NCBI GenBank assembly: GCA_963729625.1
Contig: CAVSOU010000010.1
Span: forward strand, 768,001 to 832,000
Direction: 5' to 3'
Source: an uncultured bacterium
Lineage (GTDB): Bacteria > Chloroflexota > UBA5177 > JANWHV01
Length of the DNA stretch: 64,000 nt
The position numbers and the translations under genes were made by a program. The notes below the pieces were generated by a model, which worked only from the letters and a program-made list of their open reading frames with translations, had not been told where the DNA came from and searched no databases. Numbering within the stretch: the first letter of the stretch is position 1; each line of letters begins with the position of its first letter. Of the stretch, positions 18,733-29,033 are shown one piece after another.

Positions 18733-18783
18733 TGCCGTCCTGCCTCTTCTCCGGCAGATGCCGGAATCTCGCCAAACACGTGC

Positions 18784-19128
18784 TCAGCCAGGATCGTCGT
18801 TGCCCGCGTGCTGTCGCTTCAACACATAGTGCCGAAGGAGCAGTACGGTCTGCACGACCATCAGGTCGGTAAGCAGAAAGAAAACAGTCTCCTCGATCGG
18901 CACATCGGCAACCGCGAATCCGACGATGTGGTCGGCGTGCAGCACCCAAATGCCGGAATGAATCGCCACGCCGTCCGCGCACGAGAGATATACGGTCGGC
19001 AGGCTCGCGGCAACCGCAATCAGGCCCAGCCGCGGCAACAGCACCTGCCGGCCAACCAACCAGTGCCCGATTAGCACAGGCGCCGCCCAGCCCAGCTCGA
19101 AGATGAGATACGTTGCGTGACCAAACAC
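18784..19128 (-). CDS. Lycopene cyclase domain protein (heterodimeric CrtYc/Yd type)
   Basis: Small hydrophobic protein; ADGVAIHSGIW, VPIEETVFF (PxEE); beside crtI. Confidence 0.85.
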   Translation of the reverse strand: MFGHATYLIFELGWAAPVLIGHWLVGRQVLLPRLGLIAVAASLPTVYLSCADGVAIHSGIWVLHADHIVGFAVADVPIEETVFFLLTDLMVVQTVLLLRHYVLKRQHAGNDDPG

Positions 19129-19131
19129 AGG

Positions 19132-19446
19132 CTACCGCATCCTTGTAGTCTGCCGCTGCAGCAGCCAGATCGTGAAGAGGCCCGTGAGCACAACCTGCAG
19201 CACGTAGAACACGTACTCTTCTACCGGTACGACGCCCAAGACGACGCCGACGACATGGGCGGGATCGAACGACCACACGCCGTTCCGTATGAGCGCGTTA
19301 TCCCACGGCGCGGTGTAGGCCAGGGCCACCAGCGTCGTGAATGCCGCCGTGGGCCACGCCCAGCCCGGCACGCATCCGCGCAGTGCAACGAGCAGACCGC
19401 CAATGGGCAGAACAAGAAACAAGGCCAGGAAGGCGAAATAGCTCAT
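19132..19446 (-). CDS. Lycopene cyclase domain protein (heterodimeric CrtYc/Yd type)
   Basis: YTAPWDNALIRNGVW, VPVEEYVFY. Confidence 0.88.
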   Translation of the reverse strand: MSYFAFLALFLVLPIGGLLVALRGCVPGWAWPTAAFTTLVALAYTAPWDNALIRNGVWSFDPAHVVGVVLGVVPVEEYVFYVLQVVLTGLFTIWLLQRQTTRMR

Positions 19447-19527
19447 GCTCTGGGCTTCTATTCAAGAAATGACGTTGCGGCACGTCACCATCACCGTAAG
19501 CCGGCATCTCAGTATGCCCAAGCCAAT

Positions 19528-20268
19528 CTACCTCCCTGCGCGACGTATGGCTTTCAGCATGATGTGGTAGGAAACGCGGCCACAGCGAAGCCTATCCTCC
19601 GCGATGTAGGCCCCATAATACAGATAGGCCAGGCGATCGTACAGCGCCTGGCTGCGGAGCAGGCCCTTGCCGAGCGACAGCATCGCCAGGTTCAGCAACT
19701 CGACCAGGCCCAAGCCGGTGCGCTCGACGTGCTCCACGAGGAACTGCGGCGAGAGCAGGCGTCGCAGGTCGGCTTCGGCGTAGTGACGATGAAAGGGATA
19801 TCCTCCCTCAATCACCTCCTCTGGAGGATGGGATCCGCCGCCGGCAAGAAAATCCCACACATTCAGCGAATCCAGCCACTGCAAGACACCCTTGTGCGGG
19901 ACGCTGAGGACCAGCGTGCCGCCCGGGCGCAGCACCCTGGCGATCTCGGCGAGCACCGGTTGCTCGCGTCGCACGTGTTCCAGCACGTCGAGCAGGAGCA
20001 CGGCGTCGAAATACGCATCCGCAAACGGCAGGGATTCGGCAGAAGCAACCTGAAAGGGAATCTGCGGGTGACGGCGCCGCGCACGCTCAATGAAGGTGGC
20101 CGACGCGTCCACGCCATACACTTCGTGCCGGCGCGCGATCATGGCGGTGCCGTAGCCGAAGGCACAGCCGAGATCGAGCACGCGGCCACCCTCCGGCAAA
20201 AGCCGCAGAGCCCGCTGCCAGCGTGCCATGCGCCTAACCTCCTCCGCCTGCCACAGCGGTGTATGCAT
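19528..20268 (-). CDS. Class I SAM-dependent methyltransferase
   Basis: RVLDLGCAFG, LPFADAYFDAV, DVLEHV, RVLRPGG. Confidence 0.88.
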   Translation of the reverse strand: MHTPLWQAEEVRRMARWQRALRLLPEGGRVLDLGCAFGYGTAMIARRHEVYGVDASATFIERARRRHPQIPFQVASAESLPFADAYFDAVLLLDVLEHVRREQPVLAEIARVLRPGGTLVLSVPHKGVLQWLDSLNVWDFLAGGGSHPPEEVIEGGYPFHRHYAEADLRRLLSPQFLVEHVERTGLGLVELLNLAMLSLGKGLLRSQALYDRLAYLYYGAYIAEDRLRCGRVSYHIMLKAIRRAGR

Positions 20269-21168
20269 GCGCGGTCTCTGTCGCGTCTCCGACCGGTGCT
20301 CGGGCGAGCCTGCTTCAGGTGAGAAGTTCCGTCTTCGGTCGCGCGATCCCCTGATGCGCTCTCAAGCCCCGGCGCGTCGTACGCACCGCGAAGCCGCGGC
20401 GGCAGGAGCGCGGCGATCCGGCACATGGCACAAGACCTCGCCCACGCGTCAAGCGCCCCGCCGGCAGGCGCGGATAGGAGGTCAGGCGTCCACGGCGCGC
20501 CAAACCGCGCCTGCAGAGTCCCTCCGGCTTCCCACACGGCGGCCGGCACGACCGCGACGCCGGAGCGATGCAGCCGCAGGAGCAGCGCGCCGGTACCGGG
20601 GAGCGCTTCGCGCAGGCCGGCGGTGGTGCCCGCCGTTCCCTCGGGGAACAGCACGATCGGCTCACCCCGGCCACGGGGCGCCGGCAGGGCAAGCCGAAAG
20701 AGCTGCCGGAGCGCCGCGGCCCGGCCGGCGACCGCGCGCGGATCGGTGGGCAGCGAGACCATGCTCCAGATACGAGCGACACGTCCCAGCAGGAGTCCGG
20801 ACCCGGGTATCACTCGCCCGCGCACACGTATGTCACCAATCACGGCAAAGTGCACGCGGGCGTGATCCGGCCGGGCACGACGGATCTCTCGCGCCAGTAT
20901 GCCGCCGGCAAAGCCGATCCACAGGCCGCGCCGCTGGTAGTGGTTGGCGACGATCACCATGGCACCGGCCGGAGGAATATGCTCTCGGCTGTGGACAATG
21001 CGGCTGGCGCGGCCACGCGGCGAGCACGCGCTCGGCATCCTCCTCAACCGGCCTGCGGGCGCCGTCGAACAGACTGCGCGTCAAGTCCAGCCACAGCCAA
21101 GACGGGAGCGTGTACTGGCGCGTCCCTCCCAGGCGATAGCCGCGTCGAAGCGTCGGTGCGATGGCCAT
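20139..21168 (-). pseudogene. PlsC-superfamily acyltransferase (candidate carotenoid-glycoside acyltransferase), frameshift near 21003
   Basis: Overlapping ORFs 20833-21168 and 20139-21047; VIVANHY, IVLFPEGT, VVPAAV. Confidence 0.7.
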
Positions 21169-21210
21169 GTCAGCGAACCTTTACTGTCATCGTGCAACTG
21201 GCTCCAGCAA

Positions 21211-22353
21211 TCAGCGGTCGACTGAATAGACGCGGCCTTTCCACGGCGCGCCCCGCCGGGTCAGGGTCCGTGCGGCCGAATACAAAGCGATGGCCTGGAA
21301 CACCAACGCCGAGATAGGGTAGGTGAGCGCGCCAAGCCGGCCCGCCTGGAACTGGCGCTGCCAAAAGGCCAGGCCACGCGCCACGACGACATACAACGCC
21401 AGCACGCTCAGCCGGCGGATGCGTCCGCCGTGCCGCCAGGCGTGCCAGGCCAGCATGGGCAAGGCGGTATCGGCGATGACGCTCGCGGCAGTAATGGCGC
21501 CCCCGATGGGGTCTGCCGCCACGAAGCGGAAGGAGTTCTTCCCGAACCCGGCCCAGATGGCGCCAAAGCCATCGTACATGCGCACGCTTGCCAGTTCTTC
21601 CCCGCGGGCCAGGGGCAGGTTGAGGCCCGCGCGCCGGCACTGCTGTGCCAGCGCCACATCCTCGATCAGGCTGCCACGCACGCCCTCATGGCCCCCGCAG
21701 CGCGCGTAGCCCTTGACGCTCATGAGTATCCACTGGCCGTTCGCCCGCGGCGACGAGGGCCGCGCTCCGGCGAAGTAGCGAGCGTAGGCGTACGGCAGCA
21801 GCAGCCGCTCCCAGACGGTGAGGCAGCGCTGCTGCAAGAGCAGCGACAACCCGTCGAGCGAGTGGTCGATCACGTATCTGTAGCTGACACGCAATGCCTG
21901 CGGAGACAGCTCGGTGTCGGCGTCGAGAAACAGCAGCCAGGGCTGGGTCGCCGCGTCCGCGCCCAAATGGCAGGCGAAGGTCTTGCCGGTCCATCCAGAA
22001 GGCGGCCCCTGGCAGCGGATCACGGTCACCCCGGCCTTTTCGGCAATGGCGGCCGTCCCGTCCTCGGACTGGTCGTCGACGACGATGATCTGTGCTGCCT
22101 TCAGCGACTGCGCGGCAAGTGACGAGAGCAGCGTAGGCAGGTTGTGCGCTTCGTTACGCGCGGGGATGATCGCCGAGATGGGCGCCGGGCCGTCTCCGCC
22201 GGCGTCTCCTTGCGCCTCGCTACCGTGCACCATGGGCAGTCGCGCGTAGTTGTGTCGCGCCAAGTAGAAGGTCAGCATCTCCCAGGCGATGAAGCCTGGC
22301 AGAAGAAGCCGCTCCCAGTTGGCTACGAATCGAGCGTTGCTGCTGTTTCCCAT
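21211..22353 (-). CDS. GT2 glycosyltransferase, CrtQ/CruC-like (carotenoid glycosyltransferase candidate)
   Basis: IIPARNEA, VVDDQSEDGT, GWTGK, FLDAD, ANGQ, GGHE..R..LIED, VRMY, WKGRVY. Confidence 0.88.
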   Translation of the reverse strand: MGNSSNARFVANWERLLLPGFIAWEMLTFYLARHNYARLPMVHGSEAQGDAGGDGPAPISAIIPARNEAHNLPTLLSSLAAQSLKAAQIIVVDDQSEDGTAAIAEKAGVTVIRCQGPPSGWTGKTFACHLGADAATQPWLLFLDADTELSPQALRVSYRYVIDHSLDGLSLLLQQRCLTVWERLLLPYAYARYFAGARPSSPRANGQWILMSVKGYARCGGHEGVRGSLIEDVALAQQCRRAGLNLPLARGEELASVRMYDGFGAIWAGFGKNSFRFVAADPIGGAITAASVIADTALPMLAWHAWRHGGRIRRLSVLALYVVVARGLAFWQRQFQAGRLGALTYPISALVFQAIALYSAARTLTRRGAPWKGRVYSVDR

Positions 22354-22365
22354 CGTCAGTGAGCC

Positions 22366-23884
22366 TCAGACATCGACGATAATCCGGTGATATCCCGTCG
22401 CGCCGGCCGGGTAGATATCGCTCTCGTGCTCGGTCTGCGGCGCTCCCGTCCCGTCGAAGGCGCGCGCCTCCAGGGTCAGATGACCGTGCACCGGCAGGAT
22501 AACCCGCCATTGCACCCAGGTGAGCCGGGACAGCGCTGGCACCTGCAGGGCGGCATCGACCCAGGGACCGCTCCCCGTCCGCACCTGAACCCGTCGGATC
22601 CCGCGGCTGCCCGCGAAGGCCACGCCCGCGACAAGCGTGCCGCCGGCAGCCTGTCTCGCAATATCGATGCGCGCCGTCGTGTGCACCACGGCACTGTCGG
22701 TCCAACCCAATTCCTGCCAGCTGCCCTTGAATGCCTGGTCGACGAGTTCGATGTGTTCAACCCACTTGATGCCTTTGAACCCGTAGCTGCCGGGAATCAG
22801 CATGCGAGCGGGATAGCCATGCCGCCGGTCCAGGTACTGACCGTTCATGCCGTAGGCAATGAGCACCGCGGGATCGAGGGCCAGGTCAAGCGGGATGCTG
22901 TCCGCCAAACCGTCCGGCGCGCGCATGACGACCTTGGCGTCGGTTCTCAAGGGGCCGGCCGCCGCGAGCAGCGCGCGAAGCGGCACGCCGGTGAACAGGG
23001 CGCAGCTCATCAGCGAGCCGCCAACCGGATTGCTGACGCACTCTTGGGTGACGTAGTGCGACGTTGAGGGTAGAGCAAGGAGCGTGTCGAAGGTGTAGAC
23101 GTAGGGGCGTTTGACCAGGCCGTCGACGCGTAGGCTCCAGCTCACGTCGCTCAGATCGGGGTCGACGAGGTTCTTGCTCAGGTAGTAGAAGTTGTCGCTA
23201 GCCGTGACTTCCGGCGTGATGCCTGGGATCTCGAAGCCCTGTCGTCGCGGTCTTGGCGCGCTGAAACCAAACAATCTGCCGCCACGCATCAGCACGGTGC
23301 GCGACTTATACCAGGGTTCAACCAGAAGCAACGCGGTCAGGACCATGGCGGCGCGCACGATGCGCATGCTGTCGGAGATGAACGCTTGACGTGGCCGCTT
23401 CTGCCCTGCCCGCTCCGCGCGCGGACCGCGAGGTGCAGTGATATGGCGCCACCCCAGCACCACCGCGTACAGCCCTACCAGGATGGCGGGAGGCACGAGG
23501 ATCAAGGGGTGGAAACACGATAAAGAGAGCGATGCAGAGCAGGAACAGTGCCGCCAGGGGCAGTACAAAACCGGGCAGCCTCCCGCGTGGGCTGGCGGCG
23601 ACTGCTCCCGCCAGCCCGCCCAGCACGAGACAGACGGCAAACCCTCCCAGGAGCGCGAGCGGGCGCGCGGCAGGACCGAGATGCAGGATCAACTGCTGCG
23701 CAAGATCGACCGGAGTCGCCAGCATTACTTTCTCGGACACCGGTTCCAGCGCCCAGGTCCAATTGAACAACAGGCTCGGTATGCTGGCAAGCACCACGGC
23801 CAGCGCCATCGCCAGCATGCCGTTTCTGTAGCCTTCTAGCAGCTTCGTCGCCGTCCTATCTCTCGTGATCGATGCACCCACCAT
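22366..23884 (-). CDS. Membrane-anchored sulfite-oxidase-family molybdopterin oxidoreductase, frameshift near 23508
   Basis: TQECVSNPVGG (Mo-ligand Cys), AYGMNG, HGYPAR..PGSYGFKGIKW, TWVQW; the N-terminal TM part lies in another frame, joined at a CCCC run. Confidence 0.82.
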
Positions 23885-23947
23885 GCAGAGACGGTTCCCT
23901 CTTCGAAGGAATGCCTGTACAGGGCAACAAACTGCGCTCTCCACTGC

Positions 23948-24454
23948 CTACGTGTGCAGGGGAGTCGCCTCCAGGGACCGCACGACCTTGAGCGCTTCCT
24001 GAACGTGGTGCCGCACGCGCAACTGGGATGAGAACGAGTAGCGGACAACACCTGCACTGTCGATGACATAGGTGACCCTGCCGGGTAGAAGGCCAAATGC
24101 CGTCGTCGCACCATAGGCTTTGCGCACGCTGCCGTCGACATCCGACAGCAGCGTGAACGGCAGCCTGTGCTTGGCCGCGAACTGCTCATGCCGTGACGAG
24201 GCATCCGCGCTGATGCCGACGACCTCAGCGCCGGCTTCTCTGAAGTCCTCGTAGTTGTCGCGGAAGCTGCAGGCCTGGGCCGTACAGCCGGCTGAGTCGT
24301 CTTTTGGATAGAAGTACAGCACAATGGTACCGGAGCCGAGCATGTCGTGCAGGGAAACCGTCGCCCCATCGGCGGCGGGAAGAGTGAAGTCGGGTGCCAG
24401 ATCGCCGACTTCTACTGGGCCCGAATGTCGTGGATTCTCAGTCAATTCAGTCAT
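23948..24454 (-). CDS. bcp: Peroxiredoxin, BCP/PrxQ family
   Basis: VGDLAPDFTL, YFYPKDDSAGCTAQACSFRD, GRVTYVID; start codon uncertain. Confidence 0.92.
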   Translation of the reverse strand: MTELTENPRHSGPVEVGDLAPDFTLPAADGATVSLHDMLGSGTIVLYFYPKDDSAGCTAQACSFRDNYEDFREAGAEVVGISADASSRHEQFAAKHRLPFTLLSDVDGSVRKAYGATTAFGLLPGRVTYVIDSAGVVRYSFSSQLRVRHHVQEALKVVRSLEATPLHT

Positions 24455-24654
24455 CCTCTCGACAGATGGTACCCCATCACCCGCGCGGATCGGCGGGCTT
24501 TCAGGGTACGTCGTCGGAGGAGCACACAAGCGTCGCACCGGGAGCGCAATCGCCACAAGCGTTGGCACTCTGCCTGCCGGCTACCAGCCCAGCCGCCGCG
24601 TTGGTCGCACCGCCGACGACGTATCTACCATCACCATAGCTGAGTTTGTTGGAT

Positions 24655-24684
24655 TTGACTAATCTTTATTATTCAGTTTACACT
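24655..24684 (+). promoter_or_regulatory. carH promoter and operator
   Basis: TTGACT-18 nt-TACACT overlapped by TTGACTAA-tcttta-TTATTCAG. Confidence 0.75.
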
Positions 24685-24695
24685 GGATCGTAGAG

Positions 24696-25652
24696 ATGAG
24701 GCACGCGGCTCAGAGTGGGCCGCGAACGAAAGAGAAGATGCACAGCAAGCAAGACAGTCCTCAAGGCGGATCCAGCTTGTTCCCGATTGGGACGGTCGCG
24801 CGACTGACCGGGGTGCCGGAGATGACCTTGCGGAATTGGGAGAAGCGGTATGGCATGCCCAGTCCGGGCCGCGACGGCTCGGGCGGACGGCGTCTGTATA
24901 CCGGCGACGAGATCGCCCTGGTCCGCTATCTTGCCCAACGCGTGGCGAGTGGCACGTCGATCCGCAGGGCGGTTGCCGCGGCGGTGGATAACCAGCGAGA
25001 CCCCGATCGCCTTGTGCAGTCACTGCTCATGGCTGCACAGTCGTTGGATGCGGCAGGCGTGGAGCGGAGCCTCTCCGCGGCGACGGCGGCTCTCCCTCCT
25101 GCCGACGCCTGGTCCCGCGTTCTCGTACCAGCGCTGCGCGGGCTGGGCGATCGCTGGGAGGCGGGCGATGACGTGATCGCCGCGGAGCACCTTGCCAGCA
25201 GTGCCATCGCGGCGTGGCTACGGGCAGTGATCGCGGGCATCCCGGCCGGCACAGGACATCCGCGAGCAGCTGCGGCGTGCGGTCCCGACGAGCAGCACGA
25301 GCTGGGCACGATGGCCCTGGTGGCGCTGGCATCGACTCGCGGCACCCCGATGGTGTACCTGGGCGCCAACACGCCGCACAGTGCTCTGGAAGATGAGCGA
25401 CGGATCATGGGCCTGCGCGTCCTCTGCATCACGGCCACCCAGCCCGACACAGCCGATCGCGTGGTCGAGATCATCGAGAACCTGGCAAGGCAGCCGGCTG
25501 AGACAGCGCTGGCCTATGGTGGGCCAGGGTTCGCGCAACGCGAGGGCGCGCACGCGCGCCTGACAGGACTCGCCATCTATCTTGGCGTGACGATTGACGA
25601 CGCGGTCGGGCGCATCGAGCAGTTGTGTGCCCAGGCAGCGGGCGGCGCCTGA
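24696..25652 (+). CDS. carH: CarH/LitR-family adenosylcobalamin-dependent photoreceptor repressor (MerR HTH plus B12-binding domains)
   Basis: IGTVARLTGV..TLRNWEKRYG, GGRRLY; W-x9-EH (WEAGDDVIAAEH); EQHELG; YLGANTP; adjacent to crtB. Confidence 0.9.
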   Translation: MRHAAQSGPRTKEKMHSKQDSPQGGSSLFPIGTVARLTGVPEMTLRNWEKRYGMPSPGRDGSGGRRLYTGDEIALVRYLAQRVASGTSIRRAVAAAVDNQRDPDRLVQSLLMAAQSLDAAGVERSLSAATAALPPADAWSRVLVPALRGLGDRWEAGDDVIAAEHLASSAIAAWLRAVIAGIPAGTGHPRAAAACGPDEQHELGTMALVALASTRGTPMVYLGANTPHSALEDERRIMGLRVLCITATQPDTADRVVEIIENLARQPAETALAYGGPGFAQREGAHARLTGLAIYLGVTIDDAVGRIEQLCAQAAGGA

Positions 25653-25707
25653 CGCTCTAGGCTGGCCCTAGGGCGCCACGTGGCGGAAGGCGTGGAGGAA
25701 ACCGTGT

Positions 25708-26730
25708 ATGGATGGTCATGGCCACGACCGCGATGGCAGTGAGGGAGTCGGCGGCGAGATGAATGGATTCGGACGGAGCGATTCGATGCTGGAGCATGCC
25801 AACGCGCATTGCGCCCGTATCATCGCTGCGAAAGCCCGCAGCTTCTCGCTTGCCTCGCGCTTTCTCCCTGCCGGCAAACGGTGCGACGTGAACGCGCTCT
25901 ACGCCTTTTGCCGCACCGTCGACGACATCGCCGACGTGCCAGGAGACGGCGCATCGTTCGCTTCCATCCGGCTCCAGTTGGATGGCTGGCGAGCCTGGCT
26001 GCTCGCCGGGGCCCCATTTGAGGACGAACCGGTTCGCTACGCACTCGCACACGTCATACGAAAATGTTCGCTGCCACTATCGCCGCTGCTTGAGCTGCTT
26101 GACGGCCTGTCCGACGACGTCGAGCCCCGCCAGCTTCCCGATCTTGCCGCCCTTGACCGCTTCTGTTACCGCGTCGCCGGCACGGTGGGCATCGCCATGG
26201 CCGCGCTGCTGGGCGCCCAGGACGCGGCCGCCCTGGATCCGGCGCGAGATCTCGGCATGGCGATGCAGTTGACCAACATCGTGCGCGACGTCGGTGAGGA
26301 TCTGGCGCGGGGACGCATCTATATTCCCGCGGACGCCATGGCGCGGGCCGGCTATCGGCAAGTCGATCTCGAGCAAGGCATCGTCGACGCGCGTTTCGTG
26401 ACTCTGCTTCAGCCACTCATCCAGCGTGCGCGTGACTACTACCGCATGGGTTTGGCCGGGCTCCACTACCTGCCTCGCGACTGCCGGCTGCCCATCGCGA
26501 TTGCCGCGCAGGCCTATGCTGGGATTCTCATTAAGGTCGAGCACGCAGGCTTCGACGTGCTGACGCAGCGAGTGCACACGGGACGGCGCGAGAAGCTGCT
26601 GCTCGTGACGCGGGCCGGCCTCAAGCATCTTGCCACGCGAGGGTTTGCGCGCGGGCCGAACGAATGGCATGGGTTAGACAGCGAACGCCGTGAGCCGCCA
26701 GGAGAACCGACGTGGAAGATATCCCTGTAA
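25708..26730 (+). CDS. crtB: Phytoene synthase
   Basis: SFSLASRFLP, YAFCRTVDDIAD, CYRVAGTVG, MQLTNIVRDVGED..RGRIYIP; start may be 25758. Confidence 0.93.
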   Translation: MDGHGHDRDGSEGVGGEMNGFGRSDSMLEHANAHCARIIAAKARSFSLASRFLPAGKRCDVNALYAFCRTVDDIADVPGDGASFASIRLQLDGWRAWLLAGAPFEDEPVRYALAHVIRKCSLPLSPLLELLDGLSDDVEPRQLPDLAALDRFCYRVAGTVGIAMAALLGAQDAAALDPARDLGMAMQLTNIVRDVGEDLARGRIYIPADAMARAGYRQVDLEQGIVDARFVTLLQPLIQRARDYYRMGLAGLHYLPRDCRLPIAIAAQAYAGILIKVEHAGFDVLTQRVHTGRREKLLLVTRAGLKHLATRGFARGPNEWHGLDSERREPPGEPTWKISL

Positions 26731-26874
26731 TCCTTGTCAGCGGCGCCACGGGATATATCGGCGGCCGCCTCGTCCCTCGCTTGCTGGCGGACGGCCACAG
26801 CGTGCGCGTCCTCGTGCGCGACCACGATCGCTTGCAGGGCCGTGCCTGGCGCAGGCGGGTGGAGGTTGCCCAGG
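26701..26874 (+). pseudogene. Truncated 5' copy (RBS plus about 54 codons) of the SDR/DUF2867 gene at 37725
   Basis: Direct repeat of about 37714-37887; the last 130 nt differ at only about 2 positions; similarity stops at gttgcccagg. Confidence 0.92.
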
Positions 26875-27636
26875 TTGTCCACCTGCATCACCTTCATCCG
26901 CGCCCACCATCACCAGGCGCACAGGCCGGCTGAAGTGCTCGCGGGCCTGGAGATAGAGGTCGAGCAGCCACAGTTGCCCTTTATGCGTGCCCAGCCGTCC
27001 CACGCAAAGGATCGTGAGTGGCGCACCTGGAACGCTGCCGACGGCCGGCTGGGCGGGCACAGCGGCACCGCAGGGGATGCGGACCAGCTTGCTATGTTGC
27101 GGCCGATATGCCTCAGCGACTCCCCGCCACTCGAGCTTGCGGAGCGCCACGGCGCGTTCCACCTGGCGGCAGATGAGGGTATTCGGCCAGCGCAGCGGTG
27201 CGCGCCAGCCATCGAGATCATGGAACGACGGTGTGAACACGGTGGCAGTATCCCGGGATCGTCGCGCAAGCAGGGGCAGGTGCGCCCAGATCCAGCCATC
27301 ACCGACGAAATGGAGCACGTCAGGCTTGTATGTGTGCAGGATATGGCCGATTTCGCGTGGAGAGAAGTAGGTTACCGGGCAGGAGTAGCGGGGAAACAGC
27401 GGTGCGGGCCGGTGTGGCGCGCAGGTGAGGCGGAATACCTCCAGGCCGCCCCGCTGCACCTCGTGCGCGGCAAGTCCTTCAACGTAGCGGGGAGGGAAGG
27501 CATAGCGCGTGGTGAGCACCGCGCGCCGTTCAATACCGGGTTCTGCTCGAAGCGCCCACGCGAGGCGCTCGATCGCTCGCTCGATCCCACCGAGGTGGGC
27601 AGGCTTGTAATAGGGTGTGACAAGGAGCACGCGCAT
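26875..27636 (-). pseudogene. GT4 glycosyltransferase truncated at its 3' end
   Basis: MRVLLVTPYYKP..GGIER, CVGRLGTHKG, LVMVG; reads into the antisense of the SDR fragment before any EX7E motif. Confidence 0.78.
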
Positions 27637-27640
27637 GGGC

Positions 27641-28363
27641 CTACGCCGCCCCTGTGTCGAGGGTGACTCGCTCACCCTCACGGTACTCGTGCGCACGGCC
27701 CCCCGTATAGACGGTCACCGGTCCAGGCCCTACCACCTCCCACTCAGGGCCGTTGCCGAGCAGCCCAACATGCTCGGGGATGCCCAACACGGCGAATGAG
27801 GGGAACACCTCGCGAGATGCCCGCTCCGCCAGGGTCGCCATCGATCCGGCGCGGCGGGGTGAGTAGTGCGGCATGACCAGCGCATTGGCGACCAAGGCGA
27901 GGGCGGCAACCCATGGGGTGTCGTCTTCATTGCGCCTGCCGGGCAGGAGCGTATGGCTGCACATCACCATCGCGCCGGCACTCGAGCCACCCACCACGCC
28001 ACCTCGCTCGCAGACGCGAAGCGCCGCGGCCCAGGCCGCTGTTCCAGCGAGCACGTCCAGCAGTACATCCGGATCGCCGCCGCCAATGTAGATCAAGGTG
28101 CCGCTCTCGATCAGACCGACGTTCTCAGGCTTCTCGGCATCGTCACGGGTCAGGATCATCGCCACCTCGCAGGGTGCGCCAAGTCGCCCGAAATAGGCTA
28201 CCGCGCCACGTCCGCTCTGATACGGATAGTGGCGGGCTACGGCGGTTGGCAGGAACACCACACGGGCATTGACGCCTCCGGCGGCGCGCAGCACCTGCCG
28301 GTCCATGGTCTCGCAACCCGGTCGAAACTCATCGCCGCCGGCAAGCACGATCTGTCCCGCCAT
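27641..28363 (-). CDS. Peptidase S51/cyanophycinase-like protein
   Basis: LAGGDE, FLPTA, IYIGGGDP, GGSSAGAM, MPHY, LGIPE. Confidence 0.85.
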   Translation of the reverse strand: MAGQIVLAGGDEFRPGCETMDRQVLRAAGGVNARVVFLPTAVARHYPYQSGRGAVAYFGRLGAPCEVAMILTRDDAEKPENVGLIESGTLIYIGGGDPDVLLDVLAGTAAWAAALRVCERGGVVGGSSAGAMVMCSHTLLPGRRNEDDTPWVAALALVANALVMPHYSPRRAGSMATLAERASREVFPSFAVLGIPEHVGLLGNGPEWEVVGPGPVTVYTGGRAHEYREGERVTLDTGAA

Positions 28364-28667
28364 GACCCTTCCCTTTCTAGGTTTCCTGCCAGGTTAACTC
28401 GTAGAAGGCAACGCCTTCGGGCGCCAGGCTCTTGCGGGAAGGTAAGGCTGCTTGTAGCCGATGCTGTCAGTCTTAACGCCTATACCGCGCTCGTCAATTC
28501 ACGCTGCCGCTAACACAGCGTGGAGGTTTGAAACTTGATCGACCAGGGTGTCTTGGGCAGAAACAGGTTGCACGTCAGGGTCGGATCTGCCATGCCGGCC
28601 TTGGTGTATACAAATGCAATAGTCAACAGGGCTACCGGGCGGACGTGAAGACACAGGGCGGGAGTCG

Positions 28668-29033
28668 TCAAGAAAGTGGAAGGAGTCGCAGGCGGCTGTG
28701 GCTGGGGTCAATAGTCAGTATGGCTCCGGCTTGCAGCTCCGGCTCCATTTGCTTGACGGCGGCGATAACGTGTGTGCCGATAGTGTCGGGGCTGACATCA
28801 TCGGCGCGAATCCGTATGACACTGGGCTTGTGATCGTGCGTGGCTGCCAGGATTGCGCTGAAGTCTAGATCGTGGGTCAGGACGATGTAGTCATGCTCGA
28901 TGGCAAACGCCATGATCTCGGCATCTGGCGCGTCATGCTTGCCCACTGACGCCCAATGGACTGCCGGTATTCCTTCACCGGCCAGTCGGCCGACCCAGCG
29001 CGGTGAAAGGTTCATGTCGACAAGCAGCTTCAT
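28668..29033 (-). CDS. DUF5615 PIN-like putative toxin
   Basis: MKLLVDMNLSP, APDAEI, VLTHDLDF; start overlaps the DUF433 stop. Confidence 0.85.
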   Translation of the reverse strand: MKLLVDMNLSPRWVGRLAGEGIPAVHWASVGKHDAPDAEIMAFAIEHDYIVLTHDLDFSAILAATHDHKPSVIRIRADDVSPDTIGTHVIAAVKQMEPELQAGAILTIDPSHSRLRLLPLS

